From: Lama glama
Taxonomy: Eukaryota
Direction: 5' to 3'
Assembly (NCBI GenBank): GCA_028534125.1
Contig: CM052817.1
Span: 28,150,001 to 28,214,000 of the forward strand
Length of the DNA stretch: 64,000 bases
Below, in pieces: positions 49,331 to 63,876 of this stretch. Made by a program: the position numbers and the translations under genes. The notes beneath the pieces are model-generated. The model had not been told where the DNA came from, searched no databases, and saw only the letters and a list, made by a program, of their open reading frames with translations. Within the stretch, counting starts at the first letter, position 1. The number at the start of each line of letters is the position of its first letter.

Positions 49331-51594
49331 TTACTGTCCCTGATTTGAAAAAGAGCATGAATTCCTTTGCTCCAAGTCACATAGCTGGGCAAGGCCAGGT
49401 TTGTCCGACTTCCCAAATCCTTGTGCTTTGGCACACCACCTCAAGGAAAGCCATCTTTGCTAGTTTGTTTGCCGGTCTGTTCTTGGCACCTAGAACAGGG
49501 TTTGGCACAAAGTGGTTAAAAACATACATTGAATGGATGTAAGAATGTTGCTGTATTGTCTCCATAATCCTTCCTTCTCTCCCTAAGACCTTCTTCCATC
49601 AGGGAACAATCTGATAAACTCATCCACACCAGGGAGAAAATCACCAGTGAGGGTTGTGGGTATTTGTATTTTAACTCGGGAAAAACTCTGCTGAGCATTT
49701 CTCGCTGTGGAATTCTAGGTTCTGTGAAACTGCACAATTAAACTTAGCAGGCGACTGCTTACTTGTATAAGGGTAAGTTTGACCCCTCTGTCTACATCGC
49801 CTTTGACCACGCTCATCTTCCTAATTCTCAGTCTAGCAGGCTGCAGTACCTTTCCTGCTATTTGTCGTCTAGTTTCAGGGGTAGAGGGAGCATGCAACAG
49901 ACAAAGGAGCTAGGGTTCTTTCACAGTTGCTTTTTCTCTGTGAGTACTTTATTTACACACACAGTAGCATACAGGCAGAAGAATCACACAGGTGCTACCT
50001 TGTTGCATCTGAAATTTGAAGCTAATGCCACAAATCTGGAGAGTCCAGAGACAGAGGTTTTTTCTTTTTTATTCTTAGAAAAGGAGATTTTTCTTCTAAA
50101 TTCAAAATAGAGGCAAGCACTCGAGAACAAATACATTGCTGGGATTGAAGAGCTTTTTCCCTGCAGGATTCATGCATCTGAAATGGAAGGATGCCCTCTG
50201 CTGGGTTTTGGCACGTGGTGAAGCATAACTTTTAGGGAGGTAGAGAAGCTGATGCTGGTAGTTTCCTTAACATCTGTACTGTTTTAAACAGTCACTTGAA
50301 ACCATTTGATTGAGTTTAAATTTAAATGAGTGAAAAAAATCAAGATGTGTGAATCATCTGCACAAATACAGCTGTCTTTAAGGATGGAGAGAGAGAAACA
50401 GAACGGGCCAGAGAACAAAGTAGACAGAGACATACACAGAGGCATATGGAGGCAGAGTGTGGGAGACAGTGAGATGGGATGGGGAGAGGCTGAGAACATT
50501 TCGCAGCTCCCTTGTTTTACTGCCATCACTGCTATCAGGCCCAGGGTGGGTGGTGAGAAAGGAATTTAGTTATTGAACAGAAAGTAACAGGGCTCCATGG
50601 GCAAGAATGAAAGGATTGACAAGGATACTGAGCTCTTTTTGCCTGATAATTCTCTTCCCCGGTCAAACTCAGAACTGAAGATGGAAGCGATGAAATAGTC
50701 AAGGGAAAGAAATTACTTTAGAAAACAAATATACACTGCCCTGGGATGCTCAGTGGGGGAGCCGGGGAGGGGGTAGGAGCAAGTTCAGCTTGGAACTTGC
50801 TTGGGTCAAGTGTCCTGCTCTTTTGGCATCAGAAAACCTTCTTTACACAGAAAGATTGTGTTCCAACAGTTTGGACACAAATTATCTTAGAAATTCCAGT
50901 AGGAAATGAGTTAGAAATAGTGTCTTGATTCTGGACAAGTCATAAAACTATGGTTGGAACCCACAAAATCCACACTGGACCTGAACTGTAAAACATTTAG
51001 AATGAATCTAAGTGGGGATTCTGGGAACAGAGAGAGGAATGGAAAGGCTGTTGATGTAGTGGGGTCTCTTACACTAGCTGCTTTGAGTTGAGACTGCTTG
51101 GTAATTCTATATCTATTTAAAGTACTGTTTTATTCAATTTAAGAATGAAGGAATTATTATTGAGCATAGCTAGTTTACACACTAGAAATGTAGACTCTGG
51201 GCATGTTTCTAGGGGCTACTCGCAAAACTTCTCTGCAGAAATGGACCATCCAGGAAGCCTCTGCCGCAGTCTGGATATGGTCAGCTCCAGTAACTTGCTG
51301 TCTTTGCCGTGGTCCACGCCAGCAAAATCGATGATTTGTTTTCTGCCTTTCTTTCTGCAAAATTCTATTCCTAGCTAAAGTCTTTGAGTAAATGTATCTG
51401 CTTGTGGTTACTAAATAAGTCACATGTGAAAGCAGTGAGGGAAAATGGGAAATGTGCTTTTTCAGTTTCTAGCCTCTATACATTGCTATACATTCTATAG
51501 CACAGGAAGACATTCTAGAAAGAGATTGGATTGATTACTGAATGAGACAAACCATAGGATCTGCCAGATATGCTGTTTTCATTTATTTCATTCT

Positions 51595-53480
51595 GTTTTA
51601 TTCAGCTTTATTGAGGTATAAATTACATATAATGAAGTGTACACATTTACGTTCTGTAATTTGATGAGTTTTGAAAGGCATGTACACACGTGAATCTGCC
51701 AGTACATTCAAGACATAGAGCGTTTTCATAAGCCCCCAAATATTCCTCGTGCCTTTCAGCAGTCAGTCCCTTCCTCCAGCCTCAGTCTCCTGGCAAACAT
51801 TGATGTTTTTGTCGATATAGTTTTCTATTCTTCTAATGCCTTTGGTTTTGGTATCAGGATAGTGATGACCTCATCAAGTGAGTCTGGAACTACTCTGTCT
51901 GCTGCAATTTTAATTTCTGGTTCTCTTCAATCCTTGATGTAGAGCATTATATCCATTTTGACATTTTTCTTTTATGTGAAGCACTTTTGTAGTGTGGGTC
52001 TGCTGTGGATGAATTCTTTCACCATTTAATATCTGAAAAGTTTCTGTTTCATGTTTATTTTTAAGAGATATTTTTGCTGGGTATAGAATGCTAAGTTAAA
52101 AGGTTTTTTTTTTCTTTCAGATCTTTAGAGATGTTGCCCCTTTATTTTCTCACTAGCATTACTTGTAATAAAAAAATTATCATCATCTTTATCTTTGTTT
52201 CTCTGTATATAACATGTCTTCTCTGCCACCCCTAATCTCAACTGCTTTTAAGATTTTCTTTTTATCACCAGATTTGAGAAACTCAATTATGATATGTCTT
52301 GGTGTACTTTTCTTCATGTTTCTTTTGTTTGGGGTTCATTGAGATTCTTGGATAATAGTTTTTATCAAATTTGAAAAACTTTCAGCCTTTTAAAAAGCAT
52401 TATTTGTATTTTCCCTTTTTTCTCTTCTTTTCAGAGGCTTTAATTACATGCATTTCAGCCTGCTTGAAGTAGCTGCATCGCTCACATTGTTTCTTTTTGG
52501 ATAGTCTCTATTGCTATGTCTCCTGGATCCCTAATCTTTTCTTATATAAGGTCTAATCTTCTGTTAATCCCATCCAGTCTATTTTTTATCTCAGACATTG
52601 TAATTTTTGTCTTTAGACTTTTAATTTCTTTTAAAAAACGTATTTTCTGTGTCTCTATGTAAACATATTCAATATTTCTTCTAGCTTTTTGATGATATAC
52701 TAACTTTTAATCTCCTTGTCTGACAGTTCCATTATCTGAGTCAGTTCTGGGTTGTTTTCAGTTGATTGGTTTTTCTACACGTTATGAATCCTGTTTCTGC
52801 TTCTCTGCCTGCCTGGTAATTTTTGATTGGATTCCACATACCTGGTTGGATAAAAATATTCCTTGTTGGGATATTTTTGTATTCCTATAAATATTCTTTA
52901 GCTTTTTGCTGGGATGTAGTTAAGTTACTTGGAATAGTTGGCTATTTGGGGTTTGTTATTAAGATTTTCTAGGTAGGGCTGGAATAGTGTTCAAAGCTAA
53001 CTATTCCCAATTGTGGGGACATGATCTTTTGATAACTTTACCCAATGCCCCATGAATTTTAAGGTTTTCCAGTCTGGCTGGTGGGAACAGGCACTATTCC
53101 CAGGCCTATCCCCAGACACTGTCCCTTTTAATCTTTTCAGGTGGTTCTTTTCCTGGCCTTGAGTAGTTTCCTCACATGTGTGTACTGATTGTTAGTCTAC
53201 TGAATACAGGCTGGTCCCACTGCCCAGCTCCAGAGTTCTCTGTGAAGCTCTTTACGCCCTGGACCTCTGTCCTATGAACTCTAGCCACCTTAGCTTTCTG
53301 GGCTCTCAGGTCTATTGCCTCAACTCAGGGAACCTACCAGGCTCTGCTTAAATTCCCCTTTCCTGTATATAGTTTGGAAAAGCTATCATGATAGTAACCT
53401 GGGAAACCGTAGAACTCACCTCATTTGCTTCCTGCCTCTCAAAGATCATAGTTCTTCATTGCCTAATGTTCAATATCATG
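51595..53480 (-). mobile_element. Old LINE-1 remnants (3' tail plus ORF1/5' region)
   Basis: cagctttattgaggtataaattacata... tail, then T-rich antisense L1 (gatatttttgctgggtatagaat..., gctttttaagattttctttttatc...). Confidence 0.75.
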
Positions 53481-53659
53481 CAAACAATCCATTAAAATCA
53501 TCACAATTTATCAAAATGAACCATCAGTTAGTCCACTTTTAGGTAATATAACAAAGTAAAGTGAAATTTGCGGGCTGAATGCCCATGGTATTTATGAATT
53601 ACATTTCTTTCTGAATAAAAATGATTCCTTTCCACAAAAATGTCCTTAAACAAACAACA

Positions 53660-54110
53660 AAAAACCCTGAAGCCTTAAAAATTGTTTTTTTCTCACATAG
53701 AAAATGTATAGGAAGCTGCTCCTGGGAGGGTATAAAGTTCCATGATGTCACCCAGGGCCACTTTCCATTTTATAGTTCTTAGCACACGTCTTTTATCTTT
53801 AAGATCTCCTAATGATTCAAGACGGTTGTTGAAAGTCTTGACACCATGCCTGCATTCCCGGCAGGGCAGGACTGAGAAAGAAAAGGAAAAAAGAGAAGTT
53901 CATCCTAGCTAAAGGGGTGCCTTTTAAACAGTTCTCCCAGAAATCTCACCCAACTTTGTATTTTATTGTTCACCTTTTTTGCAAAGTAGGCTGGGAATTG
54001 TGATCTTCCAGAGGAACACAATGATGTGTTGAAAAGAAAAAAAAGCAAATCTTTCTTAGAAGAAAAGAGTGATCATGGATATTGGGTAAGAACTTAGTGT
54101 CTGCCACACT
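53660..54110 (-). mobile_element. Ancient MaLR LTR (MLT1J-like)
   Basis: ttttttctcacatagaaaa...tgcaaagtaggctgggaattgtgatctt...atggatattgggtaag...gtctgccaca. Confidence 0.6.
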
Positions 54111-57100
54111 AAACAAGACTCTTTATGAGAAGTTGACTAGAATAAGCTCCTTTAAGCTGTGTGTGTTTTACACTGTTTCCTTGAATCAGACAGCTCCCTA
54201 GTATTCACTCTGTTAATGAGGGTTGCAGAGATGGTGGGAAGTCTAGCCGGTAAATTTGGTGTTTCTTTATGAGAATGTGTTATATGAAATAACAACTATT
54301 GTCATAAACCATCAGCGTAAATCTAAACTGCGTTGTTAGGTCTTGAAACTATTCTGTTTTAAACCTCCTGAAAATGGTTACCATAAACTTGTGAGACGTG
54401 GTTTTTAAATGTTGGAGGCTTATGCTTCTTTGCAAATCTGCTGAAAGCTGTAGACCTTTCCACTGTACACGTATAGACAATCTTCTTTACAGTATCAGGG
54501 CTTTCTGAGAATTTATCCCTAGGCAGTTAACTTTTCTTTAAAAGGAGAACTTTGGAGATGGTGCCTACTAAAGTGAACCCCACTTCTTAGTTGTCTTCGA
54601 GTATTTTATCTGGTAAATAACCCACTTCATTACAAGTAATTACCGTCATGTCTTTTTTGGATTTTTTGGCATTTAATTGTGGAATAGATGAATTTTAGAT
54701 CTTTATCTTCTCTTCCTTTTTCTTTGGAAGTCATCTTTTTGGTCATTTCCTTGATCGTCAACAATTTCATCAGAGGTGTGGGTGAGAGAAGGATCCCCTG
54801 AGCATTCAAATCTACCCTTTTCTCTTGGATCTTACTTGGTAATAGACACAATAAATGTTCAACCTTCAAGTTTCCTTGTTCAAAGTCATGAAGTGGTTGC
54901 TCCTGACCTGTTCACTCTACTTCAGACAGTATGGAGTTGGTTGGGGTTGGTTGAAATTTACACTTTAAGGCAGGTTCTTGGAATTTAAATTAAGAAATAC
55001 TTTGTCATGTGATTGCTTCCTTGTCCTTTTTTCCCTGAATAACTGAGGATAGTTTTTAACAACAACAATAATGACAATGATAGTAAAATCTAACTTGGAT
55101 GATAAACTCTGCTAAGCGTTTTACACACTTTAAAATGTAAAATTTTAAAATAAAAATGTACATAGTACCACTCTTATCTCTCTCACCCCAAAGTTTGTTA
55201 GAAAAGTTAAGAAACTTAGAGAAGTTAGGAAACCCTTTAAATACCTTCAGATCACAAGTGGCACAGCCAGGATTCAAACGTAAGAATGTCTGGCTCTAGA
55301 GTTTGAACTTTTAAAAATTGAGCCATAAAGGTCCTTAACCCTTGTCTCCAGTAGCTTTCAACTCCACTCGTTAGCAGTGCATTCACATCCGGAATTACTT
55401 CCTCACTTTAAAACACTCCACTTTCCAGATCTTTCACTTAGCAATGTCCTGCTCTGACCTCCACTTTCTGTCCTTCAGTCCCTCCCCTCTGTCCTTCTAT
55501 TGAACTCTCTCTGTCATCACTGGCATTGTTTATCCATTCCCCCTTTCCATTTCTCTCAACTTATAGTCACAATTTTGGTTTCACTTGTTTCCCTACCTCA
55601 CTGTGTTCAGGAGTATAATAATATCCAGTTTGTTATCACTTGCTGGAGAAGCTCTGCTGACTTTCTGCATTTATCAGTTCTCAGTCTTGTACAACTCCCA
55701 CTTTTTTTTTTCTCTTTTTCCAGCACACCAAGGGCTGGAGAAAATGTCAGAATAATATCAAAGAAGTCTACAACAAAGTTGTATTATCGACATCATCTAG
55801 GCCCATTATCTAACACTCCTAATAGAATCTTGTTGGTTTTCTATTGTGGTCCACATAACCAATGGCTTTAAAAAATGTTTTCTAATTTCCCCCAAACAGA
55901 AGTTTCATTGCTGTCTCCTGTTCCCTCTTTTTCACATCCATTATTATCTTTCACTTTTTCCAGTCTTCAGGTCTATTTACAGCTATAATTTTGTTAATGT
56001 TAATTTTTTACAGATATTCTACTTCAACATTAAAAATTATAGCAGAAAAATTCTTCATTTTTAGTTTCTTATTCCAATTCTCCAGCTTTGATTGACGATC
56101 CCACAATTCCCCGTCACTCAGAATCTAAATCTCAGTTTTCTTTGACTCCATCATCTTTCTGTTTGTTTCTGATATCTAGTCACTTGGCAAGATTTACACC
56201 ATATCCTATGGAACCTCAATTTCTACATTTTGGGAGCTCCTCCTGAAAGTAGCAGAGCTAAGTGGAAGCAGACATCTGGATGCAAGAGTAAGCTCCTTGT
56301 CTTACTGGTATGGATGTCAGTCAAGTTATTTCATCTCTCTAAGATGAAGATAATAAAATACCTACGATGGGATGTTTTAAGAATTAAATGGGATAAAGCA
56401 TAAAAACTCACAAGGCCAGGAACATGATGCACAATAAGTAATTCTTGCTAATATATTTTAAATAAGAGCTTTAGAGAATGCTTACATTTAGGGTCTATAG
56501 GTGAAAAGAGATAGAGAGAATAAACAGTATTAAGATAGGTTTGGATCACTAGGTCCTGAGAAGAGAAAAGGTGCAGAGTATTATTCTGAGTCCACCTTCA
56601 CACATTAATGTCTAAGTTCCCTGCTCTGGGGGCGGATGCTACACAGTATTTGAACTCTGCATAGTGGCAGTACTTTTAAAATGAAGCAAGTATCAAGGTC
56701 ATGTTTCACATACCAGTTTCATGTGAGCTGATACATGTGCTATTAGAGCTATTCCATCACCACTCATGATGCTTTACCATGAATATTAAACATAAGTATT
56801 TAAATAGTGTTATTTAAAATTTTAATACCGATCAATTCCTAATATTTTAATTAACAATGCTATTTGAACATATTAATAAGTTTATAACTTATGAGATTTA
56901 AAATTTATTAACAATATACTTATTTCCCCTTGAAATGAAATGAGACTTATGTACAAGACACTATACTGTGATTATTTTTCCCTTACAATATGAAACTTTG
57001 ATTTTTCCTCCCTCTCTCTTTTTAATGGTAAATCTAATTTTAACTTTATTCAACTTGGAATGGATTTCATTATATTAAAATGCGAATAGATGACATCTGA

Positions 57101-57349
57101 TTTGGTCTTAATTTCTAGAACAAAGCTGATAAATTTAACATGTGTGCTCAAGGTAGAAATAGAGTGAAGGAGGTAAATTTCTTACATCATTGTATTAGCA
57201 ACTCCCCTCTCTCATATCCTGTCATATCAAGACCAAGTTAGGACAGTAGTAAGACAACTATTAAGATGAGGTTGCAGAAGATCTGCTTAATTATTAGTTT
57301 TTGTTAAGACAAATGTGGTAGACAGATGCACACAGAAGTTTCATACAAG

Positions 57350-57960
57350 AGCACAGAATCTTGGATGTGGAAGGAACCTTAGATGTCATCTTGTCTAATA
57401 TTCCTCTCTCTTAGTGTACGAGTTCTTTCTACCATATCTCTGGGCAAAGATGAACAATCTTTGAACACACTCAGTGGCAACAACTTTGTTACTGTTCAAG
57501 CCAACCTATTTTATTGTAGTACTCCTGTAAATTCTAGAAAGTTCTTTCTCATGTTGAGAACAAATCTGCCTCTAACTTCCTTCACCCGTTAGCTTTAGTT
57601 CTCCTACCTAAATTAATACAAGTTAAAACTGTTCTCTCATTCTCATAAGTGAAACTTCTTGTACAAAAATGTTGGCACATTTTCTCCATGGTTCCTCTAA
57701 CACTTACTCTCATCTCATGTTTTTAGGAGCTTCCACATCATAATTATTCTCCTTAGGATAGATTCTAGATTCTGGTCTTTAAGTGCAGCATCCAAAACCA
57801 GAATCAATCTTCTAGATAATTATCTCCTTGAATAAGATCTCTATTCCTCTAATAATGAAGCCTAGATTTTCTTTAAACATCTGTACCATACAATTGATCA
57901 TACTGAGTCTGAAGCTAATTTAAAGTCTCATGTAACTTTCATGTGACTTATTTCTCAAAC
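57350..57960 (-). mobile_element. L3/CR1 LINE 3' remnant
   Basis: cacagaatcttggatgtggaaggaaccttagatgtcatc...tagaaagttctttctcatgttgagaacaaatctgcct...cacccgttagctttagttct. Confidence 0.7.
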
Positions 57961-58261
57961 TCCTAACACTCTTGTGTTTTTCTTATGCATTTTAGTAGGT
58001 CCCAAGACCTCTTTTACATGGGTGTTTGGTTGCTAGGCAATAATCAAGAACACAAGCAATGAAAGTTTTTGGTGAAATGTAGCCCATGATTTTTGATGAC
58101 TGTCCCTCTCTTTCTGTAAGCAGTTCATTTTGGTGCTAGTATCATTCCTTAGATCAGGAAGCAAAGAAGTTACCAAATATCTCAAACTTCCGTCTCCAGA
58201 GAAATATGGCCATGGACTGGAACAAAACACAGTCAGAGTTTGGGCTCTTGATGAAAGTAGC

Positions 58262-58700
58262 TGTATCAGTTACTTTTGCTATGCAACAAACCACCCCAAA
58301 AGTGAGTGGCTTTAAACAATTATTTTGTAGACCGCAGTGCTGGCTGGGCTTGGCTGAATTTGTGGTCTGCTAGTGGCTTGGTTAGAGATGTATGGTCTAG
58401 GGTGACCTCAGTCACATATCTGGAAATTGGCTTCTCAGATTTCCTCTTCTCTAACAGACTAGCTGGGGCATGCTAAATGGTGGCAATGGGATTTCTAGCA
58501 ATGAAAGAAGCCAAACCCCAATGGTCAAGCACATTTCCTGTTTGATTTTGTCTTGTTGACCAGAGCAGGTGATGTGGTCAGATCCAGATTCAAGATGGAG
58601 AGAACCCATTGATGGCAGGACCACCCACACCATGTTGTAAAGTGTGCACATAGAATGCGGCATGAACAAATTGATGGCAGTTACCCCAGCAATCTATCAA
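58262..58700 (-). mobile_element. MaLR solo LTR (MLT1H-like)
   Basis: tgtatcagttacttttgct..caacaaaccaccccaaaa..agtggctttaaacaa...ccagattcaagatggag...gcaatctatca. Confidence 0.75.
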
Positions 58701-59314
58701 AGTACAGAATTTCAGCATCATCTAATCCTGGCTTTTTGCCTGAGTCACATGTGTTCGCTGACATTTTCATGTTGGAGGATTGCATACTTTTGATTTAATA
58801 AATTTGGTTATGCTTTAGCACTTCATGTACCCATAAAATGTTTGTAGAACAGTTGGCACTCAAGCACAGCTGTGTGGGACTAAATCAAAGTTCTAAATCC
58901 CCTTCAAATTTCCAGAGTCACACACCATCATCTTGCCACTTTAGTAATCCTGTAGTATCACCAGTAATATCTTGTGATGTTGTTGGTCTGTGGACTAAAT
59001 CTTTGCCTTTCACATCACAGTGTGTTTGTCTGTCACTTATTCTCACAGAAGAAATGTAGAAGGATTACATTTCTTCATGATTACAATTTCTTCATCTCAT
59101 ATTTTGGGTGCTGAAGTTAATTCAATGACATGAAAAGTCATATAGTAATAAGTACTTTGAAACCTGTTTATGCACAATTCAACTTTCATGCCCACATTTA
59201 GAGTCAATTAAAGACAGGGAACTCTTGAGATATGCTGGCACTAAGTATTCCTAAATTACAGGCCCAAGGGATCGCTTCACCCATACAGTCTTTCCTTAAT
59301 ATATACCCTGGATT

Positions 59315-59915
59315 CGTTACTGAGCCAAACTTGGGTCCACTCACCTGTGTGCAGTAAAGCCAATCTATTGACACCAGGTTGTGGTGAAGGGAGGTGCGGT
59401 GTTTATTGCAAGGCCAAGCAAGGAGTATCGGCAGCTAATTCTTCAAAGACCTCCCCAGTGGCTTTCAGGGAGGTCTCAGGGTGCCTGGTCAGCTTGTGGG
59501 CATCCTTCTGATTGGCTGGTGGTGAGGGAACTCTGGTATTTTGGGAGTCAACGTCATCAATCTTCTGGTTCCACCTGCTCTGGGGTCTACAGGCTTGTGG
59601 TCAACAGGCAGTTAGCTTCTTCCACCTAGTAGGGGTTTCAGTATCTGCAAAACAGCTCAAGGACATGGCTCAGGATATTATCTATAGACTGAGGAGGATC
59701 TAAAGGTCCTTGATTTTGTATTAGGCTAAGCTATTATTATTTTGTCTAGCTTGATGGTTTGTTTCTTCATATTCTCACTTCTCTGACTGATTAAATTTGC
59801 CCTTTGGAACTCAGGGAAGGCCTAACTGAGGACGTTTTTTCTATAAACCAGAGGCAGGCAGAGGCATGGTGAGGGTCTGTCTCAGAAAGGCCTCATAGGG
59901 TCCTGCTCAGTTACA
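59315..59915 (-). mobile_element. ERV1-class solo LTR (~600 bp)
   Basis: Inverted termini cgttactgagc / gctcagttaca, 4-bp TSD gatt/gctt; minus-strand AATAAA (59402-59407) and CCAAT box (gattgg near 59510). Confidence 0.8.
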
Positions 59916-62900
59916 GCTTTCATTTTACGAATTTAAATCCGTTGTCACATTTGCCCAAGACTTTGCCACTTTGTTTTTCCTGCTGTAATTCTCTGTGTGG
60001 CAGGATACTGATAAGGTGTCTGGTAGGTCCATGGTTTAATTATTTGCATATGTCAAAACCTGAGTCTTAAATTTGGCTCTTGGGACACTATAAAAGTACA
60101 AAATAGTTGTGTCTATTTGCAACTTGGTCGCAAGTTAAAAGAAGACACAGACCATGTCACCTAATAGAGGTCTCCAGGGGCCGCTTTACCTACATCTCAA
60201 TTTAGATGTCAATTGCTAACTCTTCTCAAGCTGACTGAAAAGAAAATGTATTTGTACATTATCAGCATTTTCTTATTTGGATTTAAAGTCCTAATGTAAG
60301 CATTTAAGATTTTTTTTTAATTCTAGAAAATATATAAAAATAAGTTAATGTACCATTTTATGAGCAGGTAAAAATTAATAGAAATTTTAATAAGCATCCA
60401 TTTCTGACAGAACTTGAGATCAGTGGCTCAGTAAAGAAGACTTTGGTTGGTAATGAACTCTTTCTGTTCTTATGCACATGGAGATTTAGTACCATCTCAA
60501 CCACCAGAGGGCTCTCACAATATAGGAAAATATATTAAATATTTAAGAGAATAAATGAAAATAGAAGAAATTATTTGTGATATACCTTTTTTTTTTAGTG
60601 TTTGATTAAAGTTAAATGTCTTAAACATATGGATTAGAAACAAAATTTCGAATCCAGATTTCCTTTTGGGGAAAGAAAAAAATTAGGAAGAACTGTTTTA
60701 AATCGACTATTCAAAAACTTAAAACAAATGTAATGAAGATTTTACTACCTGGGGGGGCCTAATCCTGAATCAAACGTTTATGCTATTTGTTTATATTTTC
60801 CCTGGGAAAAATGAAAGGAAAGTACATGTATTTTCTCTGAGAGTTTCCAGCCCTCAGGACCTGTTTATCTATAAACATCTAGTTTGTTACCTTGATATTA
60901 TATATGATTACAACCGAGCAAACATCGCACATAGGGATTTGACAAAGTAAATAACTCTGTGCCAAGTGGCAGGCTTCCTTATGCTCAGGTGGGATTATGG
61001 TACATTGTGTTGTGGGTTTGTGTTGTTTTCAATCACTCCTTGGACTCCTAGTTTGGTTGAGCTCAGCCCAAGATGCCTCTCTCTCCAAAACCAAAAATTA
61101 AGCTAAAGGCCTGACCATATGTTTGGTCCTGATGGTGTTTATTCTCTGGATTAGATTCAAAGAATGAATAGAATGAATACAATGAAGCAAGCCACCTGTC
61201 CAGCAATGAGCCCTGAAGTACTGAAGCGAGGGGCTCATTGAGGGCTTCCTCTCAGAGTTGTCAAGGTCAGTCAAGCAGGAAATCAACAAGGTTCAGTGGC
61301 CCCAGGGGCCAGTGCTTAGTGTTTGCTGTGAATTTTGGCACCTCTCTTAGACTCACGTGGCTTGTCTGAGCCTGAGGAGCCTGAATCAGAATAAGCAGTT
61401 AGCAAGTTGTTCTCTGTGGTGCCTTGGAGGGTCCTTCGACCTTGCCTTAGGGGGCACCCGATGAGGGGTAGGCGGGAGGGAATTCAGGCTGTCTTCTGAA
61501 TGCCAAACTAAACCCTCAGATCCATGCACATTATTGTATTCCCATATGATTTCCCTTGAAAGAGTTGAATAAACAAAAAGTTCAGCAGAGGGGCTTGGGA
61601 AAACAAAGAAACAAATGTCTAAAGGTTTTTTTTTTTTTTTTCCCAGCAGTTTTATAATGTTTGACTTTCTCTGGAACGTAGGCCATACAGGGTGGGAGTG
61701 GTGATCTACAACCAAGTGGGATGTGTCTCTTCGCATGGCCTCCAGTCTATATTAAAAGTTGTCGCCCTGAAAGGACTAGAAGGAACAAGGGGAGAAGTCA
61801 TTCAACAATGAGCACTGTCTGTGTACATAGTATTGCTCAATATTTAGGGTCCAAAGATTTTAAATACCGTCTAGGTTCAAAATTTAAGGGGTGTGTACTT
61901 GGAGGGGAGTATGGACACATGCTGTATCATGCTAGGCTAGTTGTGTTAAGTGCTAACTTAATGGTAAAACAACATTTATTTAGAAGGAGGAGAAGAGAGA
62001 CGCATTTCCATCAGGGCAATGAAGAGAGCGTCTAAGAGGGAGAAGGCACTCGAGATGCGCTTTGCAAAATGAGCAGGATTTCAATAAGAAGTGGTGGCAA
62101 CGTGCCCCTAATTCCACACCACACATGTTCCTAGCTAGAAATCTAGAGAGAAAAACCTAGTGCTATGCCTAACTTGTGAACATCTTTGAGTCCTTCTAAT
62201 GAGTTGTGATTCAGTTGAATTCTGGGGAAGATCTAGATGATGAAATGTAAGGCAAAAAAACACTAGGGACTCATGGGGTTTTCCTTGAAGAAATAACAGA
62301 CCAATTATAAAATGTTAGTACTGAACGAAAACATTGTGAGCCTTCTCTGACATACAGCTTAGCTCCATACTGATTGCATCCGGTTTCCTTTTGATCTGAG
62401 TGTCACTGAGGCTGCTAGATAGAAAAGCCCAAAGGCATTGGAGTCCACAGAGAGCAGGAGAGTTTCTCCTTGTTCTTCTCATTGGGGTCCTCAAATATCA
62501 CATGTTTTTGGGGTGTGCTGTGCTCTGGAGCTTGAAATGACCTTCCTTTGAGCTTCAGTCTTTTAGTTTTCCCTTGAGTGAGTCAAGAGAGTTTAAACAT
62601 GGAGTCAAGGGTATGAGAAGGTGGTTTGGAGGACATGAGTGTAGGAAGTGCCCTTTTGGCAGTGGGGATGCTTGCTAAGAATCCTGGCTCCACTCTGTCC
62701 TTGGGAAAAAAGGGTAAGATCCACATCCTCAGATTTTTACAAGTCAAAATGAGAAATAAATCAATTCCATTCTGTCATTGACTGAGAGCACTGATGCAGA
62801 ATGACACCAAAGCTCAGTCCTTTCTCAGACAAAGGACACAATATAAATAACTATGTTTTTTCTTGAAGACTGCTAAGTTCTGCCTATTCTTTCACTTTGG

Positions 62901-63379
62901 GTAATGCAGAATTCAAGTTAATGGGAGATTATTCACCATAAATATTCTTTCAGCATCGCTTTTTTCCTACATTCAAAAACATATATTTCAAATGCATTTG
63001 TCATTCATAGTATAATAAATTCTCAGAATATTGGGATTGAAAATATAATGGAATGCTCCGTGATATTTTTATTCTGTAGAAAAAGACTTGATACATTTTC
63101 TTGAACTTATTCTCATTATTGACTAGTTTAATACTTTTGAAGTGATCGATTAATAAATGAGCGAGAACCTGTTTTGTGTCGTGCGGGGCCTTTTGGAGGA
63201 TTTTGTCACAATATAAGCTGTGATGTTTGCATGCCAGAAGCTTGCAGTGACAAGAGTATATATGGAAAATGCATAGTTTTTTTTTCCCTTTCAGATTATA
63301 AGTGCCAGAGGACATCAGAGGAGAAAAAGATCAATGAAAGATGGAGTTACTGAAAAGACTTCTTGAGCTCATAGAATTT

Positions 63380-63540
63380 TGTTCTTTCATAATCTATCTC
63401 TCTGTACATCTAACTCAACTTTCTGGTGGGGTGACCTTGAGCACATTAAATTTAACACTCTGTATGTCGGTTTTCACATGTATAAAAGAGGAGCAGTGGC
63501 ATCTGCTTCATAGGATTGCTTTTTAGGTATTGTTTTAAGC
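63380..63540 (+). mobile_element. MIR SINE
   Basis: gggtgaccttgagcac...ttaacactctgtatgtcggttttcacatgtataaaagaggag...cttcataggattgct. Confidence 0.7.
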
Positions 63541-63876
63541 AATGGAAATATAAAAGTGATAACATCACAAACTCTGCCCACAAGAAACCCAGAGTCCGTG
63601 TGAAAGCAGACGCGGAAATGAGTGAGTGTTTCAGTAGAGCTCAGTAGAAGCAGTGTGTGCTGAGTCAGTGTATGATGACCTAAGAGGACTTCAAGAGTGG
63701 TTCTGCCTGGGATACTCAGGGAAGGCTTCACAGAAGAGGAAATGCTTAGTTGCATCTTACAAGTTGACCAGAAGTTTTATAAAATGGGCAAAGGCAGTAG
63801 CAGGGACAAAAAGTAGAAGGTGCAGACTTGCAGGGATCACCATCTCTGAGTCATTTAGTGTAACTAGAGTATAAAC

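Noticed and set aside
59107..59133. GGTGCTGAAGTTAATTCAATG, resembling the start of GRXCR1 exon 3 (GAE...SM)
   Set aside because: No AG acceptor immediately upstream, an in-frame TGA after 8 codons, and poor match beyond GAE.
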